DNA from: a virus
Strand: one strand, 5' to 3'
Length of the DNA: 58,838 bases
IMG/VR virus record: IMGVR_UViG_3300036852_000195
Coordinates: 1-58,838 of that record
Part shown: positions 42,481 to 52,301 of the stretch, piece after piece
Position numbering within the stretch: the stretch's first letter is position 1
How the letters are laid out: each line of letters opens with the position of its first letter
The notes under the pieces: generated by a model
Databases searched by the model: none
The model's input: the letters and a program-made list of their open reading frames with translations, nothing else
Told to the model about the DNA's origin: nothing
Position numbers and translations under genes: made by a program

Positions 42481-43044
42481 ATGACGGAGTATGCAATCCC
42501 CCTGGAAGATTTGATTCCAGGGGAAGGCCATTCAAACGGGGTGAAAGAATTTTCGCCCCTGATCGTGTCCCCGAACAGTGCCCATGTTGATCCAGTTCGG
42601 GGTGTGTTTATCACGTCACGCGGCGAGGAAATCCAACTCTCCGATAGGCCAGTGAGCGCGCTCATTTACGAACGCTTGCAGAACGAAGGCAAGCCCAAAA
42701 TCCCTGACATTGAGGTCACGATTTTGGGGCGCAAAGCCAAAGAACCCCATCCAGGCCACCCTGGCTATCTGGCGCGGCTGGCTGAGTGGGAAAGTGAATC
42801 GCAGTTAGCCGTGCTGCGCTATCTGTTCACCGTTGGAACGAAAGGGACGCCCCCGCCCGAATTCGTGGAGGAACAGCGCCCGTTCTTCCCAACCGCAACC
42901 GATCTGGATATGAAATACCTGTGGGTTGCATCTCGCTTGCCCGACGAGGATATGGCGCTGTTTACCGAGGCGGTCATGGGCAAAAGTTTGGTAACTGCGA
43001 AGGGGTTGGAAGAATCCGCAGACTCCTTTCGGGGTGAAAGTTAA
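42481..43044 (+). CDS. Tail assembly chaperone (upstream ORF of the pair)
   Basis: Position immediately before the tape measure. Overlaps the next ORF. Confidence 0.5.
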   Translation: MTEYAIPLEDLIPGEGHSNGVKEFSPLIVSPNSAHVDPVRGVFITSRGEEIQLSDRPVSALIYERLQNEGKPKIPDIEVTILGRKAKEPHPGHPGYLARLAEWESESQLAVLRYLFTVGTKGTPPPEFVEEQRPFFPTATDLDMKYLWVASRLPDEDMALFTEAVMGKSLVTAKGLEESADSFRGES

Positions 43045-43318
43045 CGGCGCGCCCTGGAACGATTACAACTTTAAACCCGCTGCTGCCAAAATCACCTACA
43101 CGCTGGAATATGAGTGCGAGGCGGCGCGGATTTATGCAGGTATCCCGATTGCAGAGTGGGACGCCATGCCGGGAACACGCCTATGGCTGGCGAACGGCGG
43201 GCGTTCCAAGTGCGATATTGTGGTGCTGTTTCGCATGTCCAACTTTATTCCCAGCGCTGCCAATGACGCACAGGCGCGCGAAATTGAGCGCAAATCCAAG
43301 CTGAAAGGAGGACGTTAA
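43034..43318 (+). CDS. Tail assembly chaperone (downstream ORF, or a frameshift extension)
   Basis: GTG start overlaps the end of 42481..43044. Its frame is open from 42995 and is +1 relative to the upstream ORF. Confidence 0.45.
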   Translation: MKVNGAPWNDYNFKPAAAKITYTLEYECEAARIYAGIPIAEWDAMPGTRLWLANGGRSKCDIVVLFRMSNFIPSAANDAQAREIERKSKLKGGR

Positions 43319-46300
43319 ATGACTCCACTTCCCAAAATAGGGCTTCAAGCTGTGCTGGAAGGAATGCCAGGGTTTACCAAAGCCCTGGATACCGTCAATA
43401 AAGGCGCAGATGAATCCACTAAGAAAATGAAAGAAGCAGCCAAAGCCGCTGATCCGTTCTCCTCCGGTTTGAACAAACTTGGGCTTTCGCTTGATTCAGT
43501 CAAAGACAAAATTGCCAAATTTACCGGACTCAACCGGGAAGCAATTGACGGCATTTTTGAATTGACGCAATCCTTTGGTCCGATGGCGGTTGCCATAGGC
43601 GCATCGGTGATTGCCGTTGCAGCACTGGCAGTCGGCTTTGTGAAGCTGGGCGAACGCGGCGCAGCCCTGGTTCCGCTGGCGCAGTCATTTGATAATCTTA
43701 CGGCGTCAGTCGGCATTTCCAGTCAAGCGCTGCTGGTCGATCTGCGTAAAGCCGCCAACGGCACGGTCAGCGATTTTGATCTGATTAAACGTGCTAACCT
43801 TGCACTGGTCGGAACGTCAGGCGAATTCGGCAAGGCGTTTGGTGAAAAACTGCCTGCGGTTTTGCGTTCCGCCCGCGCTGCTGCCAAAGCAACCGGACAG
43901 GATGTGGATTTTCTGTTTCAATCGCTGGTATCTGGTATCAAACGCGCCTCTCCCCGATTGATTGACAACACAGGTATTGTGCTGAAGTTGAGCGCTGCTA
44001 ATGAGGCGCTGGCGAAGTCACTGCATAAATCGGTTGAACAATTGACCGATGAGGAAAAGCAGATTGCCGTTCTAAACGCCACAGTGGACGCGGGCGATGA
44101 TCTGATTCAGAGTTTGGGCAATGCAGCCGAATCAAATGCTGAAAAATTGGCACGTTCGCAGGCAACCATCACCAACATTTTTGATACCTTAGCCGTCGCT
44201 GTCCAGCCCGCCTTCGCAACCGTGCTGGATATTGTCAATCGTGTGCTGGGCGCATTTCAGCAGTTAGCAGTCGGCATTGCTCCAATCTTGAGTTCGATTG
44301 CGTCCATCATCACTGACATTCTGGGCGGTGCGATCAACGCAATTCTGGATATTATCTCGCCTATTGCAAGCGCGTTGGCGAGTTTCCTTCCCTACATTTC
44401 GATTTTGTTCCAGGGCATCGCTAATGTGGTGCACGGTGCGGTGACTTTTATCGGGAATATCATCAAAGGCGTGGTGACGTTCATTCAGGACGTAGCCAAA
44501 AACCTGTTTGGGCTGGATATTTCCAACCTGGGCAAGAGTTTGTTTGAAGGCGCTGCGGCGGCATTCGGTTCGTTCGCCAATGGTATTCTGAGCGTAGCCA
44601 ATCAATTGATTTTCCCGGCTGTAATTGGTATTGCTAAATTTATAGCCGATTTCCTGATTGGGTTTTCTCCGCCGAAAATGGGTCCGCTGTCGATGATCGA
44701 CAAGGGCGGCGAGAACCTCATGAAAGCGTGGCTGGACGGGATCGCGGGCGTGAGTCTTGATCCGGTTGAGCAGGTTGCAGCCGAAGTGAGCGCGATGCTG
44801 GGCGATATTGGCAAAGCAACTGCGCCCCAGGTGGACGCACGCCTCAAGCAGCTTGACCAAGCCCTACTACCATTCCAGAACCGTCTGGATATTGTCAAAT
44901 CGCAGTTTGACGCGATTGCAGCACCCGCGCAGGCCGCGCTGGATGCGATTGATCGTCAAATGTTGGCCGCACAAGAAGCTTTGCAGAACGGCGATGTGAA
45001 TGCCGCCAACACCATCCGTAAACTGGACGCGGCGCGTGAAGCGATCCAGGGGCAGTTGGATGCGCAGCAAGCCGTAGTCGATCAGCAGCAAATCCAGCTT
45101 GGTTTGGCAACCGCCGCACAGTCTCAAGAACGCGCATTACTCAATATCCGCAAGGCGCAGTTGGCCGCAACTCAAAAGGTCGGCGCAGCAGTGGCTAAAG
45201 CGGGCGGCGTGGCTAAAGACCCCAAAGCAGCGGGCGGCGCTGCGCCGAACCCGATGGAAACAGGCGGCGCGGCGGGCGGTTTTGTTCCTCCCGGTGAGTC
45301 GGTGCTGGATTTGATCGGCGGTCAATCGGCGGTTAATGATGCGATTGCGGGCATTCAGGATGCTTTTGCAGGCCAGATTGACACCAGCCAGCTTGATCTG
45401 TTCGGCCAGAATTCGGGCGCGCTGCAAGAGCAGTTTGACCGGATTGGCAGTGTGGATTTGGGCGCAAAACTGAGCGACAAGTTCAAGGGTTTGACCGATC
45501 TGTTCAATCCTGAAGTGGAAGGCAGTCCGGCCAACTCCATCAAGACATTTGTTTCCACGTTGACAGCGGGCGCAGACACCCCTGGTTCTATCGCCAGCTT
45601 TTTTAGCAATGTCGGTCCTAACGTTCAGGCCGCAACCGCTGGCCTGGGCGATGCGATCAGCGCCCAATTTGATCCCAACGTTGACGGAACGCCCGCCAAT
45701 GTAATCGTCAATGCAGTAAAAACATTGACAGGCGATGAGGCGACTGCTGACTCGCTGGCTTCATTCTTTGCACAACTACCGCAGAATGTCAGCACTGCTG
45801 CCGGTGGTTTGTTTGACATGCTGCAAACCAACGTGTTCAAACCTGTGACCGATTTTCTGACGGGTACAGGTCCCGGCACATTGTCGGGCGTGATTGATGG
45901 CGTGGTAGCGTTCTTTACTGAACTGCCGACGCGCGTAGCAGTTGCCCTGGCTGGAATGGGTGCGGCAATCTATGGCGCGCTGGTCGTCCCCGTGATTTCA
46001 ACGGTCAACAGTCTGATCGGCGCAGTCGAAGGCGCGATCCGCACGTTTGTACAGGGCATTGCAACCTTTATTCAGGGTATTGCGGACGGCATTGACAGCG
46101 TTGGTCTGGGGATTGATACCGCAGGTATTCACAATATCGCCAATGATCTGAACGCCAAAGCAGCGGGTATCGCGCTGGGCAGAATCCCGGTGACGATCCC
46201 CGATTTCGCAGCCGCTATCCCAACCGCCGCAACGGGCGGGTTGTTCGGTCCCGGCGCGATCAACGTTGGCGAACATGGTCCCGAACGCATCTTCGCAGCC

Positions 46301-46501
46301 GACAAGATTGGAATTCTCCCGGCTGAACTGACAAAAGCACTGGAAGGGTTGGGTAGTATTTTAGCCCAGCCTGCGCCGATGATGGTTCCTGGCGGCGATA
46401 CCTATAACAATTCCAGTTCAAGTTCGTTTACTTTCAACGGAGTCAAGAGCGACCAAGACGCCAGGAGAAGATACAATGCGCTTCGTGCTGGAATGAGATA
46501 A
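43319..46501 (+). CDS. Tape measure protein
   Basis: 1060 aa, Ala/Gly/Gln-rich and alpha-helical, with a central hydrophobic block (ILSSIASIITDILGGAINAILDIISPIASALASFLPYISILFQGIANVV). Canonical position. Confidence 0.85.
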   Translation: MTPLPKIGLQAVLEGMPGFTKALDTVNKGADESTKKMKEAAKAADPFSSGLNKLGLSLDSVKDKIAKFTGLNREAIDGIFELTQSFGPMAVAIGASVIAVAALAVGFVKLGERGAALVPLAQSFDNLTASVGISSQALLVDLRKAANGTVSDFDLIKRANLALVGTSGEFGKAFGEKLPAVLRSARAAAKATGQDVDFLFQSLVSGIKRASPRLIDNTGIVLKLSAANEALAKSLHKSVEQLTDEEKQIAVLNATVDAGDDLIQSLGNAAESNAEKLARSQATITNIFDTLAVAVQPAFATVLDIVNRVLGAFQQLAVGIAPILSSIASIITDILGGAINAILDIISPIASALASFLPYISILFQGIANVVHGAVTFIGNIIKGVVTFIQDVAKNLFGLDISNLGKSLFEGAAAAFGSFANGILSVANQLIFPAVIGIAKFIADFLIGFSPPKMGPLSMIDKGGENLMKAWLDGIAGVSLDPVEQVAAEVSAMLGDIGKATAPQVDARLKQLDQALLPFQNRLDIVKSQFDAIAAPAQAALDAIDRQMLAAQEALQNGDVNAANTIRKLDAAREAIQGQLDAQQAVVDQQQIQLGLATAAQSQERALLNIRKAQLAATQKVGAAVAKAGGVAKDPKAAGGAAPNPMETGGAAGGFVPPGESVLDLIGGQSAVNDAIAGIQDAFAGQIDTSQLDLFGQNSGALQEQFDRIGSVDLGAKLSDKFKGLTDLFNPEVEGSPANSIKTFVSTLTAGADTPGSIASFFSNVGPNVQAATAGLGDAISAQFDPNVDGTPANVIVNAVKTLTGDEATADSLASFFAQLPQNVSTAAGGLFDMLQTNVFKPVTDFLTGTGPGTLSGVIDGVVAFFTELPTRVAVALAGMGAAIYGALVVPVISTVNSLIGAVEGAIRTFVQGIATFIQGIADGIDSVGLGIDTAGIHNIANDLNAKAAGIALGRIPVTIPDFAAAIPTAATGGLFGPGAINVGEHGPERIFAADKIGILPAELTKALEGLGSILAQPAPMMVPGGDTYNNSSSSSFTFNGVKSDQDARRRYNALRAGMR

Positions 46502-46505
46502 TCCG

Positions 46506-46514
46506 TGTTATAAT
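46506..46514 (+). promoter_or_regulatory. Extended -10 promoter (TGtTATAAT) plus leader hairpins for GIY-YIG #4
   Basis: TGtTATAAT at 46506-46514. Hairpin GCCGTT/AACGGC at 46529-46558. An alternative 8-bp pairing, GTGTGCAA (46539-46546) with TTGCACAC (46571-46578), ends next to the ATG. Confidence 0.5.
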
Positions 46515-46580
46515 ACTCTAAACAAAGTGCCGTTCGCGGTGTGCAACCACCCAACGGCTGTATGCAGAGGGATTGCACAC

Positions 46581-47252
46581 ATGGCTAGTATATCGAAAAC
46601 CTCCGGTATTTACATCATCAAGAATCTGCGTAACGGCAAATTTTATCTTGGTCAAACACAGAACATTCGGAAACGATGGAATGACCATAAAAGCAATTTA
46701 CGCAAAAACACTCACAGTAATATCCATCTTCAACGTGCTTGGAACATCGACGGCGAAAAGAATTTCAAATTTCTGGTGCTAGAATATTGTCCTGTTGAAC
46801 AGTTGGATGAACGTGAGCAGGTGCATCTTGATGCATATGTTAGCGGCAATAATTGTTATAACATTGCAAAAGATGCTACTGCGCCAAATCGCGGAAGACA
46901 GGGGACTATGCTAGGAAAGCATCACACTGATGCAACAAAACGTAAAATCAGTGAGGCGAAGCGCGGCAAACCTTCTCACGGTAAAAAGCACACAGCAGAA
47001 ACAATCCAGAAAATGAGAGAAATTCATCGCAACATATCAGATGAAACACGCCTCAAAATGAGCGAGGCCAAACGCGGCAAACCTCCGCACAATAAAGGCA
47101 AGCCGGCAAGTGAAGGGCAGAAGCAAAAACAGCGCGAAGCTATGCTTGGCAGGCCATCACCGAATCGCGGAAAACCGATGAGCGAAGAACAGAAACAAAA
47201 ATTAAGCGAAGCAGCAAAGCGTCGTTATCACAAACAAACAGATGAGGAATAA
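46581..47252 (+). CDS. GIY-YIG homing endonuclease #4 (between tape measure and distal tail genes)
   Basis: GIYIIKNLRNGKFYLGQTQNIRKRWNDHKSNL. Multiple NUMOD3-like repeats (KRKISEAKRGKP, TRLKMSEAKRGKP, QKQKLSEAAK). Closest to #2. Confidence 0.85.
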   Translation: MASISKTSGIYIIKNLRNGKFYLGQTQNIRKRWNDHKSNLRKNTHSNIHLQRAWNIDGEKNFKFLVLEYCPVEQLDEREQVHLDAYVSGNNCYNIAKDATAPNRGRQGTMLGKHHTDATKRKISEAKRGKPSHGKKHTAETIQKMREIHRNISDETRLKMSEAKRGKPPHNKGKPASEGQKQKQREAMLGRPSPNRGKPMSEEQKQKLSEAAKRRYHKQTDEE

Positions 47253-47255
47253 GCC

Positions 47256-48371
47256 ATGTTGCCCGACTATCAGCTTACCGTGAGGTCGGCTTTCGATGGG
47301 TCAGTAAGGGTTGTATTAGACGGGAGCGCTTTCGATGATTGCAGGTATTCAAGAGCCTTAAATGACGTGGGAGTTTTTGCTGCCACATTTCCGTCTCGTG
47401 CGGATTGGCCCGCGATTTTCACGCTGGACGCGCTGATTGATATTGAACGTACCAATCCGTTGACGGGGTTCTTGCAGACGGAGGAGACTTACTTAACTCG
47501 CTTAACGCATCGCTTTCGTGATGGCGACGAGGAACGGTTTGTGGTCGGCGGATTATCGCTCAACCATCTATTGGGACGGCGTGTGGTTGATCCGGCTGAT
47601 GATCCATTGCGGGCGGGTGGGTATTCAACCAAAGCGGGTCCCGCCGATGATATTCTGCACGATTACGCCAATGAACAGTGCGGAGCATTAGCCAGCGCCT
47701 TGCGCAGCTTCCCCAATTTCACCATTGCCGCCTCCAACAGCGTGGGCAGCTTGGCGGGGCGACGGCTGCGCTATGAAAATCTGTTAGAGGTGTTTCAGGA
47801 CGTGGTGAATCAATCCAATGTTGATTTCATCATCACGCGCCTGACCAGCAATGTCTTGCGGCTGACAATCACGCCGATTGGAACCGACAGAACCCGTTCC
47901 CGCAATTATCCGTTCAGCCCGTTCGTGGAACTCAATCCGGTACGCGGCAATCTCAGCGATCCATCGCTCTTATCGGATCGCAAAAAAGAGCAGAATTATG
48001 TGTATGCGCTGGGGCAGGGTCCCGGAGAGCAGCGCATTGTGACCCAGCTAGAGGGTGAAGACAATCATCTCACGCCTTACAACCGCATTGAATTCACCGC
48101 CGATGTGCGCATGGCGGAACGTGGCGACCTGCAAACCCTGCGCACAGGCGCGCGGGCGGCGCTGTATGAGAAACAAGCCAAAAAAGAATTCGCCTTTAAA
48201 CCGACAGGTGCAGAACCGGGGAACGTGTATCGCCTGGATTGGGATATTGGCGACTCGCTCACTTGCGTCTGGGATGATGAAAGTATTGATTTGCGGGTGC
48301 GTGAGGTTGAAATCTCCCTGGATTCGGATGGTGAAACGATCACGCCTCGATTGGAGCCGCTCAATGTCTGA
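47256..48371 (+). CDS. Distal tail protein-like (first gene after the tape measure)
   Basis: 371-aa ORF. Call is by synteny only. Confidence 0.45.
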   Translation: MLPDYQLTVRSAFDGSVRVVLDGSAFDDCRYSRALNDVGVFAATFPSRADWPAIFTLDALIDIERTNPLTGFLQTEETYLTRLTHRFRDGDEERFVVGGLSLNHLLGRRVVDPADDPLRAGGYSTKAGPADDILHDYANEQCGALASALRSFPNFTIAASNSVGSLAGRRLRYENLLEVFQDVVNQSNVDFIITRLTSNVLRLTITPIGTDRTRSRNYPFSPFVELNPVRGNLSDPSLLSDRKKEQNYVYALGQGPGEQRIVTQLEGEDNHLTPYNRIEFTADVRMAERGDLQTLRTGARAALYEKQAKKEFAFKPTGAEPGNVYRLDWDIGDSLTCVWDDESIDLRVREVEISLDSDGETITPRLEPLNV

Positions 48372-48684
48372 CATGGTTGAATATGTGTATCGGGAATTAA
48401 AACAGCAACTTGGCACGCTTGAAGCCCAAACAGATCGTAATCGCCGGGTAGAACGCGCCGAAATTGCCGACTCGATCCCTGCTTACTTGCTGGCCGATGC
48501 GCCGCTGGCGGCGGACGGCGGATTGGGAACTGGCGCAGCAGGCGGATACATTACGCTGGCCTGGATTTCAAATGGAAGAAAATCGGGCGAAGGCGCGGGA
48601 ACCGGAACGGGTATCCTGGCCTATTACAATAGCTCAACCAATTCCTGGTTCGGCGTGCGCAGTGAAGTGGCGGTGACGGTATGA
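48364..48684 (+). CDS. Hypothetical tail-tip protein
   Basis: Start taken at the ATG overlapping the upstream stop. The track ORF extends to 48055 inside the previous gene. Confidence 0.4.
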   Translation: MSDMVEYVYRELKQQLGTLEAQTDRNRRVERAEIADSIPAYLLADAPLAADGGLGTGAAGGYITLAWISNGRKSGEGAGTGTGILAYYNSSTNSWFGVRSEVAVTV

Positions 48685-49589
48685 GCGAACAATTAGGCGA
48701 CGTAATTCATATCGCTACTTTTGATGGCAATGAATTGTTTTTCACCGACCAGGATTTCAAGCTGCTGGCTTATGGCAACCTGGGCGCGCCGCCCACGCAA
48801 TACATTACCCGACGTGGTTACAAGCAGAATGGATCAACCGAAGTTGATTTTTTACTAGAACCGCGCACGATCAGCGTAGAAATTTTCCGATCTAAAGCCT
48901 GTGACCGTCAGACCTATTGGGACAACCGCTTGGCACTGCATGAATTTCTACGCCCCAACCGCAACGGTCCCATCACCTTCACCCTGCGCACACCCAACGG
49001 CGATTTACGCTCGATCATTGTGCGCGCCGATCCAGGCATGACATTCCCCTCAGTCGAACAAACCAATAACAATTGGGCGCTGGATCAGCAGTTTGATTTC
49101 ATCGCCTTTGAACCCACCTTTTTCAGCACGGATCAATCCACGATTGCGCTGTCCAGCACCACGCAAACCGAACTGGTGTTTCCGATCACTTTCCCCATCA
49201 GTTTTGGCACATCGACGCTATTCTTGACAACGGGTGCGATTACCTACGCCGGAACCTGGAAAACTTATCCCGTTATCACGCTTACAGGTCCCTACACCCG
49301 CGCGGTGATTACCAATGTTCAGACGGGCGTGGTGATCTTTATGAGTGTGGCAATTGCGGCGGGCGAACAGCGCATTATTGACCTGACGCCGGGATCACAA
49401 TCCATCACGGATGCCAGCGGCAATAACAAGTTTAGCGATCTGGGCGCAGGTTCTAACCTGATTGATTTTGCAATTCAGCCCGACCCAATTGTGGCGGGCG
49501 GCATCCAGACAATCACGATCCAATTGGTGGATGGTACGGGCGCAAGCGGCGCGAGTCTCAGCTATTATGAGAGGTTCTTCGCATTATGA
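48681..49589 (+). CDS. Tail-tip/baseplate protein
   Basis: 302-aa ORF with ATGA coupling. Call is by synteny. Confidence 0.45.
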   Translation: MSEQLGDVIHIATFDGNELFFTDQDFKLLAYGNLGAPPTQYITRRGYKQNGSTEVDFLLEPRTISVEIFRSKACDRQTYWDNRLALHEFLRPNRNGPITFTLRTPNGDLRSIIVRADPGMTFPSVEQTNNNWALDQQFDFIAFEPTFFSTDQSTIALSSTTQTELVFPITFPISFGTSTLFLTTGAITYAGTWKTYPVITLTGPYTRAVITNVQTGVVIFMSVAIAAGEQRIIDLTPGSQSITDASGNNKFSDLGAGSNLIDFAIQPDPIVAGGIQTITIQLVDGTGASGASLSYYERFFAL

Positions 49590-50968
49590 CCGAATATTCA
49601 ATCCCGCAGCAAGGACTTCTGGTTGGCGATGCAACCCGCGCGCCGTATGACGCCGATGAGTGGAGTATTGATTACTCCGCCAAACTGAACGGCTACGGAA
49701 GCCGCGCGGATTATGGTCCCCTTTACGGCTATGACAACGGCACGAATTTTGGGTTGGAAGTGACACAGGTCACAATCGCCAGCAGCAACGTTGAATTGAA
49801 AGTGGGTTCAGCGCTGGTTAAAGGCACGATCTATGTCAACGATGCGACCCTGACCCTGGCAATCGCCGCTAATGCCAGCGGGAACGCCCGTATTGATACG
49901 GTTGTATTGCGTAAGGATTATGCAGCGCAAACGGTTCGAGCAGCCGTCCGTCAAGGCACGCCTGCCGCTTCGCCCGTCCCGCCGACCATGACCCAGGTTG
50001 CCAATACCACCTGGGAGATACCTATCGCGGACATTGCCGTTGCGAATGGCTTTTCCACGATTGTCAACAGCAATATTACCCCACGCCATTTGTGGGCGAA
50101 CGCCAGCCATGCGCTATTTGTTGACGGCGTACTGAACAATTCGGGCGGGACGCTTGAAACGGGCGACGTGGTGATCTGGGATGCGTCTAAAAGTGTAACC
50201 ACCACCACAACCCGTTCTAATCGCATGGTGGCGGGTGTCTGGCAAGGACGCACTGCCGCAGCCGGACGCGGACGTGTGATGACAATGGGATTGACGCCGA
50301 TCAAGGCGGTTGGCGGCAGCACAGAAGCAATTGCATTCGGTTCACCGCTTGTGACCAGCACCACTGCTAAACGCGCCACCCTTTTAGATAGTCAGGCGGC
50401 GCTCAATCCGGCTGCGATCTTTGCATTGGCATTCGAGGCATTGGCAACGGCCACCAACGGAACGATTTTGGGCTATGTTAATGTGTTGAATATATCAGTG
50501 CCGAATGAACGCGCGATCTTGTATGAATCCGCTGCTTCAGCCGCTACCCCTGGCGGTTTAACATCGGGATCATGGCAAAAGCGCAGTATGGACTCGTTTG
50601 CGCTGAATCAATTGACGGGCATTTCCATTTCCAGCGGTGAAATTGTGTTACCTGCGGGCGCGTATCTGGTAAAAGCCCGTGCGCCTGCTTTCAAAGTGGG
50701 CAATCATAGCTGCCGTATTTTCAATGTGACAGCCGGAACACTTATCAGTCCTGATGGTTCGGTTGCGGTTGCATCTGCGGCTGATAATGACATGAGTTAT
50801 TCGTTCGTTCAGTGTCAATTCTTTTCAGCCGCAGCGGTAACAATCCGTCTTGAAACCCAGGTGCAAACTACTAATGGTACAGACGGCAAAGGCGTTGCAG
50901 CCCAGGCATGGCAGTCCACTTCCCCCTATTCTGTGGTTGAAATCGAGCGAGGACTACGCAACTCATGA
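49586..50968 (+). CDS. Tail fibre / receptor-binding protein, paralog 1
   Basis: About 170 aa of the N-terminal region is clearly homologous to 52302..53636 (for example WEIPIADIAVANGF, FVDGVLNNSGGTLETGDVVIWD versus FLDGVLNNSAITLNTGDVVIVD). The C-terminus diverges. Confidence 0.6.
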   Translation: MTEYSIPQQGLLVGDATRAPYDADEWSIDYSAKLNGYGSRADYGPLYGYDNGTNFGLEVTQVTIASSNVELKVGSALVKGTIYVNDATLTLAIAANASGNARIDTVVLRKDYAAQTVRAAVRQGTPAASPVPPTMTQVANTTWEIPIADIAVANGFSTIVNSNITPRHLWANASHALFVDGVLNNSGGTLETGDVVIWDASKSVTTTTTRSNRMVAGVWQGRTAAAGRGRVMTMGLTPIKAVGGSTEAIAFGSPLVTSTTAKRATLLDSQAALNPAAIFALAFEALATATNGTILGYVNVLNISVPNERAILYESAASAATPGGLTSGSWQKRSMDSFALNQLTGISISSGEIVLPAGAYLVKARAPAFKVGNHSCRIFNVTAGTLISPDGSVAVASAADNDMSYSFVQCQFFSAAAVTIRLETQVQTTNGTDGKGVAAQAWQSTSPYSVVEIERGLRNS

Positions 50969-51456
50969 TCTTAATCAAACGGTTGGCCTTGCTGTTGTTG
51001 TTGATTCCGATTTGGGCATATGCTCAAGGATTTGAATTGCATGTGTGTCGCCTCGCTGATGACATGTATCAATTTTCGATTGTTGGCGATGTTGACGGCT
51101 GGGGGTTTGAAGATGGAAGTAATTATGATCTAAAAGCGATGACTGCAAGCGGTGAAGGGGTGCGGTTTTTCACCTGGGCAAACGGAATGACGACTTCGAT
51201 TTACGGTTATCCCGATGTTGATCCTTGCCCGAAAGATGAGTGGCATCCCGGCGCACCGTCTATCTTGATTCCTGCGTCTGCGGGCGTGTTTAAGCTTGAA
51301 ATCCAGGACGCCTATGGACATTGGTCACTGGTGACAGACGCAGCCCATCCTGAAGGGATTGTACTTTCGCCCAATGGGGGAAGCGTTGAACTCATTGGCA
51401 GCGTTGGGCAAGATATCGATCCAGCCCATTATCGAACGATTGAGGTAAATCCATGA
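50965..51456 (+). CDS. Secreted protein (signal peptide) in the fibre region
   Basis: MILIKRLALLLLLIPIWAYAQG signal-like N-terminus. ATGA coupling to fibre 1. Confidence 0.5.
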   Translation: MILIKRLALLLLLIPIWAYAQGFELHVCRLADDMYQFSIVGDVDGWGFEDGSNYDLKAMTASGEGVRFFTWANGMTTSIYGYPDVDPCPKDEWHPGAPSILIPASAGVFKLEIQDAYGHWSLVTDAAHPEGIVLSPNGGSVELIGSVGQDIDPAHYRTIEVNP

Positions 51457-51474
51457 CTGAAACATCAAGGCCCC

Positions 51475-52251
51475 TTATTTTCTTCGGCGTGTGTCAAGGG
51501 CAGATAAAATACGCTCGTATTTTGACTGAACAATACACCAACCGCCGATCTGCCTAAAATCAGAACGGCGGATTGAAACCCTGTAATAAGTTTTGCCAGA
51601 CGGAAGAATTTCAGACACTTTTAGTCCGGCTGAACGAATTGCCATTATCTCAAGTAATCTGGGTAACGTTTTCAGCCAACTATCTACTCCGCGAATAAGA
51701 ATTGATCCATGAGTAGTTACATGCCCATCGCCGTCTATAATCCCGGCGATAAAAGCCAATTGGTGTTCAAGCGGGGCATCAAAAATAAAATTGGGGATTT
51801 TAGATTTATGATTACAGGAGTTTTGTAACCAAGTTGCAAAATCCGTGCTGTAAATCATAAGTCCGTGTTGAGGTTTCTTTCCTTTTCTCAGAAGCGGACG
51901 AGCGTCTTTGCGCTCATTCCATCGCAATCCTAAGTCTGAAATACAAATCTTGCTGTGCGCAATTATCTCTGATGTAGTGCTGACAATTCCAATTTGGTTA
52001 GGATGAGAAGTTCCATGTTGCTTTGTGATCCATCCGTCTGTGATGTATATTCCGATTAGATAACAAAGCGATTCGGACGATTCCTTAAATTTCCAAATGC
52101 TGTATGAACGTTTGCCTTGTCCAATCCCTAGATTGTGGGCTTTAATTGCCCTTACAACGGTTGACGTTGAGCAGTTATTACGTTGAGAAATTTCCATTTG
52201 CGTGAATTTTTGGGATTGAATGTCTTTCAAGAGTTGATCGTGATTAATCAT
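51475..52251 (-). CDS. LAGLIDADG homing endonuclease (double-motif) with N-terminal HTH
   Basis: Motifs LIGIYITDGW and LAFIAGIIDGDGHV. N-terminal HTH is QMEISQRNNCSTSTVVRAI. It is the only minus-strand gene in the late arm. Confidence 0.8.
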   Translation of the reverse strand: MINHDQLLKDIQSQKFTQMEISQRNNCSTSTVVRAIKAHNLGIGQGKRSYSIWKFKESSESLCYLIGIYITDGWITKQHGTSHPNQIGIVSTTSEIIAHSKICISDLGLRWNERKDARPLLRKGKKPQHGLMIYSTDFATWLQNSCNHKSKIPNFIFDAPLEHQLAFIAGIIDGDGHVTTHGSILIRGVDSWLKTLPRLLEIMAIRSAGLKVSEILPSGKTYYRVSIRRSDFRQIGGWCIVQSKYERILSALDTRRRK

Positions 52252-52273
52252 TGTGTCCTCCTAATATGACACA

Positions 52274-52282
52274 ATTATACCA
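52274..52282 (-). promoter_or_regulatory. Extended -10 promoter (TGgTATAAT) for the LAGLIDADG gene
   Basis: Minus strand reads tatatggTATAATtgtgtcatattaggaggacacaATG. Confidence 0.5.
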
Positions 52283-52301
52283 TATATAGGACGGTAAACA
52301 A

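Noticed and set aside
43345-46276. Long minus-strand ORFs inside the tape measure gene (43345..43716, 44264..44860, 45137..45667 and others)
   Set aside because: They are antisense shadow ORFs in an Ala/Gly-rich gene, with low-complexity Arg/Cys-rich translations and no RBS or operon context.
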